Source of the DNA: Blastocatellia bacterium
GTDB taxonomy: Bacteria; Acidobacteriota; Blastocatellia; RBC074
Assembly (NCBI GenBank): GCA_043783625.1
Contig: JAYVZE010000190.1
Location: 31,551 to 95,550 of the forward strand
Reading direction: 5' to 3'
DNA length: 64,000 bases
The notes under the pieces are model-generated. The model worked only from the letters and a program-made list of their open reading frames with translations. It was not told the origin of the DNA and searched no databases. The position numbers and the translations under genes are program-made. This document shows positions 38,166 through 47,202 of this stretch, one piece after another; the stretch's first letter is position 1, and each line of letters opens with the position of its first letter.

Positions 38166-38272
38166 CGTTCAGAGTACAAGCTTCAGCTTGGTTTTACTGC
38201 ATGGAGTACAAGCTTTAGCTTGGTTTTACAGTGATGAAAAGTAAAACCAAGCTGAAGCTTGTACTCCGAACG
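38166..38272. repeat. triple 26-nt repeat (two direct copies and one inverted) forming alternative hairpins
   Basis: GAGTACAAGCTTCAGCTTGGTTTTAC (38172-38197), GAGTACAAGCTTTAGCTTGGTTTTAC (38204-38229), and the inverted GTAAAACCAAGCTGAAGCTTGTACTC (38241-38266). Confidence 0.8.
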
Positions 38273-38283
38273 AGCTATTTCTT

Positions 38284-39288
38284 TTATTTTATCAATCTCG
38301 AAATCAGCCCTTTCGGCCCCGCTGCCCACACCGCTCCTGTTTTAGCGACACTGACAACGTTATAATTTTCACTGTTTAGTTGCTGCCAGCTCTTCCCACC
38401 ATCAATGGAAAGATTCGAGCCGGAAGTCCCAACTGCAATAATCGAGTTTTTCGCGTATAAAACTCCTGACCGAAACGGCAGTTGATTTTCAATCGGAATC
38501 CACGTCTTTCCGCCATCAGAAGTGACAGCAACAGTCTTTCCGGGTTGCTTCGGTTCGCGGTAGTCGCCGCCGACGATGATGCCATTTTTATTGTCTTTGA
38601 AGTCAATCGAGAAAATTCCGGCGGAATCAATTCCCGTTAAAATTGGAGCTTCAGTCACATCCCAATTCTTTCCGCGATCTGATGAATGAAGCACGCGGGC
38701 TTTGCCAGTCACCATCCATACATCACTTTTCCTTTTAGTAATAATGCAGGTTCCACTCGCCGCAAATCCGCCTTCGTTTGGTTTGGCGGCTGGAATTTTT
38801 TCAGGTTTGAGTTCGTTCCATGAAGCTCCACCGTTGTCAGTAGAAATCAGCACAAATTTGCCGTCTACTGAATCGCTCATCGCAATCCCATGCTGCTCAT
38901 CCCAAAAAGCAAACGCATCAAAAAAGGCTTTTGGATTTTTGTTTTGGAATTGCAGCTTCCAGTTTTTTCCGCCATCTGTAGTTTTATAAATCCGCGAATT
39001 TTCGCCATCACCGATGCTGAGAATATAGGCGACATTTGCGCTGAACGCTTCGATGTCGCGGAAGTCTAACTTAACAGCATCGGGCACTTCGAGAGCTTCC
39101 CAGTTTTTCCCGCCATCAATCGTGCGACCGACCATTCCTTTCGTTCCGCTGACCCAGCAAATCTTGTCGTTGACGGCGGAAAGCCCGCGAAAAGCCGCAT
39201 CGGTATTAATTGTCTGTTTTGTCCATTGCGCCTGTGCGGTAGAAACGACAGCACTAAAAATAAGGATGATAATTGCAAGTTGCTTCAT
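38284..39288 (-). CDS. secreted BNR/Asp-box beta-propeller protein (Ycf48-like)
   Basis: Repeated S/T-x-D-x-G-x-x-W boxes (TIDGGKNW, TTDGGKNW, STDNGGASW, SSDRGKNW, TSDGGKTW, SIDGGKSW). ATG 39288 gives the signal peptide MKQLAIIILIFSAVVSTAQA. Confidence 0.8.
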   Translation of the reverse strand: MKQLAIIILIFSAVVSTAQAQWTKQTINTDAAFRGLSAVNDKICWVSGTKGMVGRTIDGGKNWEALEVPDAVKLDFRDIEAFSANVAYILSIGDGENSRIYKTTDGGKNWKLQFQNKNPKAFFDAFAFWDEQHGIAMSDSVDGKFVLISTDNGGASWNELKPEKIPAAKPNEGGFAASGTCIITKRKSDVWMVTGKARVLHSSDRGKNWDVTEAPILTGIDSAGIFSIDFKDNKNGIIVGGDYREPKQPGKTVAVTSDGGKTWIPIENQLPFRSGVLYAKNSIIAVGTSGSNLSIDGGKSWQQLNSENYNVVSVAKTGAVWAAGPKGLISRLIK

Positions 39289-39395
39289 ATTTTTCAGATA
39301 AGTTGAATTCAACGATTTTGATTTTTTGCGTTCTTTGACTACTATCACGTCTGGATTTCAATTCGTCAACCGTATCACTTCCGGGAAGATTTTCA

Positions 39396-40580
39396 ATGAC
39401 TAAAGCTTTAGCAGGAATTCGGGTTCTGGATTTTGGACGCTACATCGCGGGCCCGTATTGCGCGATGCTGCTGGCCGATATGGGAGCCGAAGTCATCCGC
39501 ATTGAACGCCGCGAAGGTGGCGAAGATCGCACCATCATTCCAATTTCCAACAACGGCGATGGAGCTTTATTTGTAGGCTTAAATCGCAACAAAAAAGGCA
39601 TCACACTTGACCCGGCGCATCCGCTCAGCAGTGAAATCAAACACCGCCTCATCGCTACTTCCGATGTCATCATTGCTAACCTTCCGCTCAATGTACTCAA
39701 AAAACTGAACCTGCATTACGAAGCCCTCAAGGACATCAAACCGGACATTATTTTGACGATGATTTCGGCGTTCGGTTCAACCGGTCCGTACGCGAATCGC
39801 GTCGGATTTGATTCTGTTGTGCAGGCAATGTCAGGCGCGATGAGCCTGACCGGATTCCCTGATGTTCCCGTCCGCAGTGCCGCTCCGTTTGAAGATTACG
39901 GAACAGCCTTGCACGCGGCATTCGGGACGATGATTGCGCTCTATGAACGCGAACGAACGGGACAAGGGCAACTCGTCGAAGGTTCCTTACTCGCGACCGG
40001 AATGATGATGATGCAGGGTTTAATTTCCGAACGATCCGTGACCGGAATTGTTCGTGAACAGCAGGGCAACGCGGCGTATCATGCGGCTCCGGCTGATTGT
40101 TATCAAACGAAAGACGGATGGATTATGGTTCCCACCGTCGGCGCGGCGATGTTCAATGCCTGGGCAAAATTGGTCGGGCGCGAAGACTTCATTGAAGACC
40201 CGCGATTCAATGATGATTTAGCACGCGGGGATAATTATCAATTCATCACTGAAGCAATGAATGCGTGGTGCTGCCAATTCACAAATGCCGAAGCGATTGC
40301 GTTGCTGGAAAAAGCTCGCATCCCGTGCGGCGCGGTAAATAGCCTGGAACAAGCCCTGAACGATCCACAGGTAGCACATCGGAATCTCATTAAATTTATG
40401 GATTATCCGGGCAGTCCGAATCCTGTCCCCATTCCTGAAACTCCGGTGCGCTTATCTGCTACTCCGGGAGAAGTCAGGCATCGTGCGCCGTTGCTGGGAG
40501 AGCATACCGATGAGGTCTTGCTCAAGCTTGGCTTTGAAGAAAAAGAGATTGAAGAATTTAGAAACTTAAAAGTAATCTAG
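39396..40580 (+). CDS. family III CoA-transferase (CaiB/BaiF)
   Basis: [33 protein letters not shown] is the hallmark N-terminus of the family. Confidence 0.9.
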   Translation: MTKALAGIRVLDFGRYIAGPYCAMLLADMGAEVIRIERREGGEDRTIIPISNNGDGALFVGLNRNKKGITLDPAHPLSSEIKHRLIATSDVIIANLPLNVLKKLNLHYEALKDIKPDIILTMISAFGSTGPYANRVGFDSVVQAMSGAMSLTGFPDVPVRSAAPFEDYGTALHAAFGTMIALYERERTGQGQLVEGSLLATGMMMMQGLISERSVTGIVREQQGNAAYHAAPADCYQTKDGWIMVPTVGAAMFNAWAKLVGREDFIEDPRFNDDLARGDNYQFITEAMNAWCCQFTNAEAIALLEKARIPCGAVNSLEQALNDPQVAHRNLIKFMDYPGSPNPVPIPETPVRLSATPGEVRHRAPLLGEHTDEVLLKLGFEEKEIEEFRNLKVI

Positions 40581-40590
40581 CACCGCTGCC

Positions 40591-40678
40591 GTCCAACAAA
40601 CTTCAGTTTGTTGACACTTTCGGCAACTGTGTACCTATTGCGAAACCTCAACAAACTAAAGTTTGTTGGACATTTTTT
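40591..40678 (+). terminator. twin inverted hairpins, the second followed by T6
   Basis: GTCCAACAAACTTCAGTTTGTTGAC (40591-40615) and its inverted copy TCAACAAACTAAAGTTTGTTGGAC (40648-40671), then TTTTTT (40673-40678). Confidence 0.65.
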
Positions 40679-40687
40679 GAGAAAAAT

Positions 40688-41692
40688 ATGAACAAACAAA
40701 TCACTCTCGCCGCCAGACCCGTTGGCTTTCCTAAAGAATCAGATTTTTCCATCGTCGAAACGCCGATCCCGTCGCCGAAAGAGGGAGAATTCCTCGTCAA
40801 AAACCATTTTCTTTCCGTAGACCCGTACATGCGCGGACGGATGAATGATGCGAAATCCTACGCGCACCCCGTCAACATTGGCGAAGTCATGGTCGGCGGC
40901 GCAGTCGGAGAAATCATCGAATCCAATCACCCAAATTTCCATGCTGGAGATTTCGTTTCTGGAAATTTCGGCTGGCAATCACACGCGATTTCTAACGGTG
41001 GCGGAGTCAATAAAATTGATGCCAGCCTCGCTCCGGTTTCTACCGCTGTCGGAGTCCTCGGAATGCCCGGCATGACGGCGTATTTCGGACTTCTCGCCAT
41101 CTGCAATCCGCAACCCGGCGAAACCGTAGTCGTCTCCGGTGCGGCTGGCGCAGTCGGTTCCCTCGTCGGACAAATCGCCAAAATCAAAGGCTGCCGTGTC
41201 GTTGGCGTTGCCGGAACAGATGAAAAAGTTGATTGGCTCGTCAATGAATTAGGCTTCGATGCGGCGTTCAATTACAAGACGACGACGGATTATGTCGCCA
41301 AAATGCGCGAGCTTTGCCCAAACGGAATTGATGCGTATTTCGATAATGTTGGCGGCGCAATCACGGACGCTGTGCTGCTGAATCTCAACACCAAAGCCAG
41401 AGTTTCCATCTGCGGTCAAATCTCACAGTACAATTTAGAAAAACCTGAAACGGGACCGCGCTTGTTAGGAATGCTGCTCATGAAACAGGCGAGAGCTGAA
41501 GGATTTTTAGTCTTTCAATTTGCAGATCGCTACGCCGAAGGAATGCAGCAAATGGCAGAATGGATCAAGGCGGGTAAAATCAAATACCGCGAAGAATTCG
41601 CCGAAGGAATCGAGAATACGCCACGCGCTTTTATTGAAATGCTGAACGGGAAAAATACGGGTAAGCAGTTGGTGAAGATTGCGGATGCATAA
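40688..41692 (+). CDS. NADP-dependent medium-chain oxidoreductase (alkenal/one reductase, CurA/YncB type)
   Basis: Motifs LSVDPYMRGRM, GMPGMTAY and the cofactor site VSGAAGAVGS. Confidence 0.9.
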   Translation: MNKQITLAARPVGFPKESDFSIVETPIPSPKEGEFLVKNHFLSVDPYMRGRMNDAKSYAHPVNIGEVMVGGAVGEIIESNHPNFHAGDFVSGNFGWQSHAISNGGGVNKIDASLAPVSTAVGVLGMPGMTAYFGLLAICNPQPGETVVVSGAAGAVGSLVGQIAKIKGCRVVGVAGTDEKVDWLVNELGFDAAFNYKTTTDYVAKMRELCPNGIDAYFDNVGGAITDAVLLNLNTKARVSICGQISQYNLEKPETGPRLLGMLLMKQARAEGFLVFQFADRYAEGMQQMAEWIKAGKIKYREEFAEGIENTPRAFIEMLNGKNTGKQLVKIADA

Positions 41693-41705
41693 TCATTTCG
41701 TACTG

Positions 41706-41746
41706 CGGGTGGCTCGCCCGCAAGCCACGGGCGAGCCGCCCGTGGC
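41706..41746. repeat. GC-rich palindrome family 2, copy 1
   Basis: CGGGTGGCTCGCCCG pairs with CGGGCGAGCCGCCCG. The core GGCGAGCCGCCCG is shared with 48137-48195. Confidence 0.7.
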
Positions 41747-41752
41747 TAGGTG

Positions 41753-42409
41753 TTAGTAAATATCTTTTTCGTTAATCGATAATTCAGACAGCTCCAACAA
41801 ATACAAACAAGCCTCGTAGAACTTCCCTTTTGTCGGTGACGCTTTGCGCACAATGTGGTAGCGATTTTCTCTCTTCCCTTCCAGTTGCCACCAAGCACCA
41901 TCTATAATTGCCAACTCATGAGCAGTATAATCCATTGTCCAAAAGCATTCACTTTCCAGTAAAGATTTGAATTTCATCCATTGCCATACTGATAATTTTT
42001 TTGTCCAGCTTGCATTTAATTTTCCCGGATCATAACCGCCCTTACCATCGCTTTGCTTGATAATTAAAGTGAATTCGGCTAAGGATTTTTGCATTCTCAA
42101 GCTGATCGGGTTATCAAAACTGCGCAACCAAAGAAAACGATATACTTCGTCCTCATGTTCAGAAATTTTTATGATCGTAGGCTCTTGTAACACTTCAAGG
42201 AATTTTGAAAGTCCTTGATCCAGTGAATCAATTTCGCTATACCCCTTCATTGATGAAACAGGAAAGTTTTTTGAAGCTGTTATCGGAAAGCTGCCAATTT
42301 GCTGAGAATTACCCGGAAAACAATCAGACTCCGTCTTACGAGACTGACATGAATTGCTCATTACGATAGCAATCAATAGCAGGATGCAAATATTTCGTCG
42401 AAGTCTCAT
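41753..42409 (-). CDS. hypothetical exported protein or lipoprotein
   Basis: ATG 42409 gives MRLRRNICILLLIAIVMSNSC (a possible lipobox). No recognisable family. The gene is AT-rich relative to its neighbours. Confidence 0.55.
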   Translation of the reverse strand: MRLRRNICILLLIAIVMSNSCQSRKTESDCFPGNSQQIGSFPITASKNFPVSSMKGYSEIDSLDQGLSKFLEVLQEPTIIKISEHEDEVYRFLWLRSFDNPISLRMQKSLAEFTLIIKQSDGKGGYDPGKLNASWTKKLSVWQWMKFKSLLESECFWTMDYTAHELAIIDGAWWQLEGKRENRYHIVRKASPTKGKFYEACLYLLELSELSINEKDIY

Positions 42410-42495
42410 GGCAAGAATATCCGTCAACGACAGTTGGATGGCTCCTTGCTTCGCTGCAAGATTTGCCCCATCTCGGAGTGATAGTTAGGTAGAGG

Positions 42496-43251
42496 CTATT
42501 CAATATCCGGGTCTTTTCCCATGCTTTGAAGCATTGCTTTTAAGCGCACAATCTCCTGCCGTTCCTGCACTAACAATCCTTCCGCTCGTTCGGCGCGTTC
42601 GCGCTCCTGGAGTGCGTGTTGGCGTTCCTGTTCGGCGCGTTCGCGTCCGGTGAGAATCAATTCGTCATTCTCATCTACCCAGCGCAGCCACTCGGTTTGC
42701 TTTCCTTCGTACTTTCCTTCCCACAAAGTCAGTCCTAATTTAAGTGCTGGAAATTGTCCACTGCTTTGTTTTTCGTACTCAAAATCATGTAAACGATAAA
42801 TCGTCAGTGTTTCAGACATGATCTGACAAAGCGGATCGTAGATGACATAGTAACGAACCCCCATTCGCGCATATTTCTTACGTTTTTCACCATCTTCGTC
42901 ACCAACAGTGTTCGAGACAATTTCAATGGCTAAATCGGGTGGCTTACCAAATTCCCACAGAAAATAAGAACGATGTTCTTTTTCCCACCAATCTTCCGGG
43001 ACTTCGACATCAAGGCTGAGGAACATGTCCGGGACAACCGCCGGACGGCGTGCCAAATAAAATACGCCCACATTGGCAGCCGCTAAAAATGTTCGCTCAG
43101 CACCGGGACCAGACCAGGAGCTATACAACGGCTCGGTTAATAACCGTTGCTGTTTCTCAGAAGGCAAATTATCCACAGGTTCATCATCCTCCGTAATCAT
43201 CACATGCACATCGGGTATTACCTCTGCCAAATCTGCTAATGCTTGTGCCAT
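42496..43251 (-). CDS. Uma2-family (DUF820) PD-(D/E)xK nuclease with a charged coiled-coil C-terminal tail
   Basis: The core PDLAIEIVSNT..YARMGVRYYVIYDP is typical of Uma2. The tail ERAEQERQHALQERERAERAEGLLVQERQE is predicted coiled coil. Confidence 0.8.
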   Translation of the reverse strand: MAQALADLAEVIPDVHVMITEDDEPVDNLPSEKQQRLLTEPLYSSWSGPGAERTFLAAANVGVFYLARRPAVVPDMFLSLDVEVPEDWWEKEHRSYFLWEFGKPPDLAIEIVSNTVGDEDGEKRKKYARMGVRYYVIYDPLCQIMSETLTIYRLHDFEYEKQSSGQFPALKLGLTLWEGKYEGKQTEWLRWVDENDELILTGRERAEQERQHALQERERAERAEGLLVQERQEIVRLKAMLQSMGKDPDIE

Positions 43252-43356
43252 AAATTTCCTCACTTTCTGACAACTATCCTGACTGATTATTTCACCATGC
43301 GCAAATATTGCAAACAATACAGGGCTGATTCTAGCCTGGAAAAGTTGGCGAAATCA

Positions 43357-43644
43357 TCAATAGTGATAACGCGCTTGCAAAAAATCTATCCGGTCAGCCC
43401 TGACAAGATACACTAACCGATGTTCCTGCGTAAGTCGCCGCGACCACGTATTTGGAGCCAGATACTTCAACGGTTCTGGCTTTCCAATCCCATCGAATGG
43501 ATCGCGGAGAATTGCTTCCACCAAATCCAAAGCACGAAGCGCAATTTTGCGTTCTGTTTCGATCCAGTGCCGTAAATCTTCAATAAATTCGGGATGAAAA
43601 ACAGTTTCTCGAACAATTTTTGTTTTGGGTTTAGACGGTTTCAT
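43357..43644 (-). CDS. yoeB: YoeB/Txe-family toxin
   Basis: GIGKPEPLKY..WSRRLTQEHRLVYLV..IDFLQARYHY matches the YoeB catalytic C-terminus. Confidence 0.9.
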   Translation of the reverse strand: MKPSKPKTKIVRETVFHPEFIEDLRHWIETERKIALRALDLVEAILRDPFDGIGKPEPLKYLAPNTWSRRLTQEHRLVYLVRADRIDFLQARYHY

Positions 43645-43993
43645 CCAGCCCTAATTCTTTACGGAGTTTTTCAAGTGGCTTTGGCTTGGCAGTTTTTGCC
43701 TGGGCGCGGTGCAATGCTTTGAGCAACCGTTCCGCGTTTTTTGGCGAGCGTAATAAATGCGCAGTTTCCAATAAACTGGAAAGCTCCGAAGCTGTCAAAG
43801 TTTCGCGGATTTCATCACGAGATTCTCCTTCCTCCAACTCTAATTCTTCAATCTGCATCGCTACAAATTTATTGATAAAATCATCCAATTGTTCAGGATG
43901 GTCTCGCATTAATGGCGCAATTGAAATGTCAACTCCGGTAATATTTTTTTGACGAAGCTCTTTGAATTTTTCGATCATTTCATCGCTGGTCAT
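43631..43993 (-). CDS. YoeB-associated antitoxin with a YefM-like C-terminal toxin-binding segment and a non-canonical N-terminus
   Basis: Overlaps yoeB by 14 nt. LLETAHLLRSPKNAERL resembles the YefM segment EETAYLLRSPANARRL. The first ~70 aa are acidic/helical and do not resemble the Phd/YefM fold sequence. Confidence 0.65.
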   Translation of the reverse strand: MTSDEMIEKFKELRQKNITGVDISIAPLMRDHPEQLDDFINKFVAMQIEELELEEGESRDEIRETLTASELSSLLETAHLLRSPKNAERLLKALHRAQAKTAKPKPLEKLRKELGLDETV

Positions 43994-43995
43994 GG

Positions 43996-45045
43996 CTACT
44001 CCAATCCTAATAATTTCTTGTTCCGCCCGGCATCCGATTCGCCTCCAACAAAATCATCAAACGCCTGCTCTGTCGCTTCGATCAGATGGGAGGCGATAAA
44101 TGGTGCGCCTTCGCGTGCGCCTTGTTCCGGGCTTTTCACCGCGCATTCCCATTCCATCACTGCCCAACTGCGATAGCCTGCTTCGGTCAGCAAAGTGAAG
44201 ACGCGCTTGAAATCTACTTGCCCGTCGCCGAGCGAACGAAAACGTCCCGCCCGATCCGCCCACGAAGCGTAGCCGCTGTAAACGCCTTGCCGTCCCGTCG
44301 GATTAAACTCCGCATCTTTGACGTGGAAGGCTTTGATGCGGTCGCCGTAGAGTTCAATGAATTGTAAATAATCCAATTGCTGCAAAACGAAATGGCTGGG
44401 GTCGTAATTAAGGCAGGCAGCGGGGTGATTTTTCGTGTAATCCAGAAACATTTCAAACGTTGCACCATCAAACAAATCCGATCCCGGATGGAGTTCATAA
44501 CAAAAGCTCAAGCCACTGTCTCGCGCCGCATCCAGCGCAGGCAGCCAGCGTTTTGCCATCTCCGTAAAAGCTTCTTCGATAATGCCTGCCGGACGCTGCG
44601 GCCACGGATAAAATAAATGCCACGCGAAGCCGCCCGATAAAGTCGGAATCGCTGTCGTGCCTAATTTTACGGAGGCTTTGACGGATTTAATGAGCTGCGA
44701 CGTACACCATTCGACCCGTTCATTGTCGCTCAAATTCGCCGGATAAAAGCCCGAAAATAATTCCTTGTACGCTGGATGCATCGCCAGCGTTTGCCCTTGC
44801 AAGGCAGAATTTATTTCGGTGACAACGAGTCCGTGCTTATCGAGCAAAGCGCGAATGTCATCGCAGTAACTTTGTGATTCGGCAGCCAGATCGAGATCGA
44901 AAACGCGCTTGTCCCACGAAGGAAGTTGCAAGCCTTTAAATCCGAGGCTCGCCGCCCACGCCGCGATATTTTCAAGTGAATTATATGGCGCTTCATCGCG
45001 CAGAAATTGTGCTAAAAAAATTGCCGGGCCTTTGATTGAGTTCAT
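43996..45045 (-). CDS. sugar phosphate isomerase/epimerase (xylose-isomerase-like TIM barrel)
   Basis: 349 aa. ELHPGSD, FHVKD and EWE motifs are spaced as in the AP_endonuc_2 family. Confidence 0.8.
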   Translation of the reverse strand: MNSIKGPAIFLAQFLRDEAPYNSLENIAAWAASLGFKGLQLPSWDKRVFDLDLAAESQSYCDDIRALLDKHGLVVTEINSALQGQTLAMHPAYKELFSGFYPANLSDNERVEWCTSQLIKSVKASVKLGTTAIPTLSGGFAWHLFYPWPQRPAGIIEEAFTEMAKRWLPALDAARDSGLSFCYELHPGSDLFDGATFEMFLDYTKNHPAACLNYDPSHFVLQQLDYLQFIELYGDRIKAFHVKDAEFNPTGRQGVYSGYASWADRAGRFRSLGDGQVDFKRVFTLLTEAGYRSWAVMEWECAVKSPEQGAREGAPFIASHLIEATEQAFDDFVGGESDAGRNKKLLGLE

Positions 45046-45102
45046 AGTTTTTTCTCCGTGAACATGATTTATCGTTGATTGAATTTATTTGCAAGCTCAC
45101 AT

Positions 45103-45135
45103 AAAAAAGCCGCCGAGAATTAACTTCTCAGCGGC
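45103..45135 (-). terminator. rho-independent terminator of the gene ending at 45163
   Basis: On the minus strand: GCCGCTGAGAA-gttaa-TTCTCGGCGGC followed by TTTTTT. Confidence 0.7.
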
Positions 45136-45162
45136 CCTTGATCCCATGCAAAGCTGATATTT

Positions 45163-46191
45163 TTACTTACCTTTTTTCTCGAATTTTTCGGGCGTCACTT
45201 TCTTATCGTTAAATTTATATTTCGTGATCGTCCATTCTTCATTCGGTTCGCCGCCGATTGATTTGGTGAGGCTGTGCGGAAGATTCAATCCACCTTCAGA
45301 TTTATAATCACCAAAATTCCAGATGTAATCAACCTCTGGAGCTTTATCGTAGGCGGCTTTTCGCTCAATCATTTGAGCGTCCTGACGAGCCTTGATTTCG
45401 GCTTCGCGTTTGGTGCGCTCTTCAGGTGGAAGTTTTTCCAATTCTTCGCGCTGACGTTGCGCATTATTTTGTCCACCGCCTTGACCGGGTTGTCCGCCAG
45501 GTTGTCCAGCCGCCTGACCGGGTTGTCCGGGAGGACGTTGACCGCCGCCGGGGCCGCCACGAAACATCGCCCGCATATCCTTGTCTTTATAGCTGAGCAT
45601 TAAAACCTGATTGGTTCCACGATCCACATAAAGTTTTGCAACCGGACCGTCAGTCGCTTTGGCGAGCAAAATGTCCGCCACCGTTCCGTCTGGAGCTTTG
45701 GCTTCACCGCCGTAAGTGAAATCTACGCCGGGAGCTGTCAGGAAAAATCCAAGCAGCACGCGTGCCAAACCATTGCGACGATTTTTTTCCTGAGTAGCTG
45801 CATCAAGGAATCCTTGACCACCACCGCCACCCATTCCACGACCGCCGCCAGGACCTCCACCCATGCCACTGATGGTATCCACCCAGGTTTTATCAACATT
45901 GAGAACCTGAATCTGGGTGATTTCATTACCGAACATTGACATGGATTGCGATTGAAAAACTTTATCGCCACCAGCCATCACTAATTCAACCGTACCTTCA
46001 ACATTCTGCTGTCCCATTGATCGTTTGAAAGTAGCTTCTGCGACAACGTTTTGCATCGCTTTGATTTTATCTTCTTTGCCAATCGCGGCTTTCGCTTTTT
46101 TCAGGATTTCCTGCGCCTTGGCGTCGCCCTGCGCGAAGGCAGAGACGGCTAAACTCGCCGCTAATCCTAAGGTAATTAATACTTTCTTCAT
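45163..46191 (-). CDS. secreted hypothetical protein with two Gly/Pro-rich low-complexity inserts
   Basis: ATG 46191 gives the signal peptide MKKVLITLGLAASLAVSAFAQ. Low-complexity inserts: GGGPGGGRGMGGGGGQG and GGPGGGQRPPGQPGQAAGQPGGQPGQGGGQ. Confidence 0.7.
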   Translation of the reverse strand: MKKVLITLGLAASLAVSAFAQGDAKAQEILKKAKAAIGKEDKIKAMQNVVAEATFKRSMGQQNVEGTVELVMAGGDKVFQSQSMSMFGNEITQIQVLNVDKTWVDTISGMGGGPGGGRGMGGGGGQGFLDAATQEKNRRNGLARVLLGFFLTAPGVDFTYGGEAKAPDGTVADILLAKATDGPVAKLYVDRGTNQVLMLSYKDKDMRAMFRGGPGGGQRPPGQPGQAAGQPGGQPGQGGGQNNAQRQREELEKLPPEERTKREAEIKARQDAQMIERKAAYDKAPEVDYIWNFGDYKSEGGLNLPHSLTKSIGGEPNEEWTITKYKFNDKKVTPEKFEKKGK

Positions 46192-46313
46192 TTTTAACCC
46201 TCCAGTTATGAACAAATATTTTGCAACCTGCGATAGTTTAGACGAAGCTTTGCGTCATTCGGTTGCAAGCTTTGAAAAACAATTGCAATTGGATACAGTA
46301 AGGGTTTTGTAAA

Positions 46314-46949
46314 TTGGATACAAATAGTCAGGAGCAAATTTTGGAATTTTCAAAACAGGAACTCGCCGCCCTCAAAAAATTAAAATCGCCGGAAAAAATT
46401 CAACTCTTCCTCGACGAAGAAATTGCGTACAACAAAGAACCGGATGGAGCTACCTGCCGGAGTCCGCGCCGCGTGTTACGAGATCGTCTCGGGCATTGCG
46501 CCGAAGGAGCTTTTTTCGCAGCGGCGGCTTTGCGAATTCACGGTCACGAACCATTAATCCTCGACCTTGAAGCCGTCCGCGATGATGACCACCTGCTGGC
46601 AGTTTTCAAACAGGACAATCACTGGGGAGCGATTGCGAAATCCAATTACGCCGGATTGCGTTTTCGTGAACCTGTCTATCGCACGATCCGCGAATTGGCG
46701 ATGAGCTATTTTGAGCACTATTACAATTTGAAAGGTGAAAAGACGCTACGAGCTTTTTCAACCAGGCCGCTGAATCTGAAACGATTTGATCGGAGCAACT
46801 GGATGACTTCAGAAGATGATTTATGGGAAGTCTGCGAACACCTCTGCATCGTCCCGCATTCGCGGGTGATGACGCTGCCGATGGAAATTAAACGAAGGAT
46901 GATGGATCGCCGCTTGTATGAAGCAGGTAAGACGGGGATGAAAATGTAA
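46314..46949 (+). CDS. hypothetical protein, possibly a transglutaminase-like Cys-His-Asp fold
   Basis: GHCAEGAFFAAAAL, then DDHLLAVF about 35 aa later. TTG start. The assignment is tentative. Confidence 0.45.
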   Translation: MDTNSQEQILEFSKQELAALKKLKSPEKIQLFLDEEIAYNKEPDGATCRSPRRVLRDRLGHCAEGAFFAAAALRIHGHEPLILDLEAVRDDDHLLAVFKQDNHWGAIAKSNYAGLRFREPVYRTIRELAMSYFEHYYNLKGEKTLRAFSTRPLNLKRFDRSNWMTSEDDLWEVCEHLCIVPHSRVMTLPMEIKRRMMDRRLYEAGKTGMKM

Positions 46950-47084
46950 GCTGTCAGAAAATGAGGGGCAGAAATTTTGTGGAAGTACGGCTTAGTATAA
47001 TGAACCCCTAAGAGCTAGTCTGAAAAGTCAGGAACGAGTCGCGCCGACTTTATGGCAGTTTCGGGGCTTGGTCAATACCAAAAA

Positions 47085-47119
47085 CAGTTCGCAGTTCACG
47101 GTTCAGAGTTCATAGTTTG
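47085..47119. repeat. five tandem heptanucleotide repeats
   Basis: CAGTTCG CAGTTCA CGGTTCA GAGTTCA TAGTTTG. Confidence 0.6.
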
Positions 47120-47202
47120 CGGCTGGAATCATGCCAACTATCTACCTACTATTCATCCCTCCCGACCTTCCTCTCCATTCGTCAATCGCTGCCAAACAGC
47201 TC

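Noticed and set aside
38166-38272. Possible mini CRISPR array, because a ~26-nt unit occurs three times.
   Set aside because: There are only three copies and one is inverted. The spacers are 6 and 11 nt, far too short. No cas genes are present. It is a hairpin element, not a CRISPR array.
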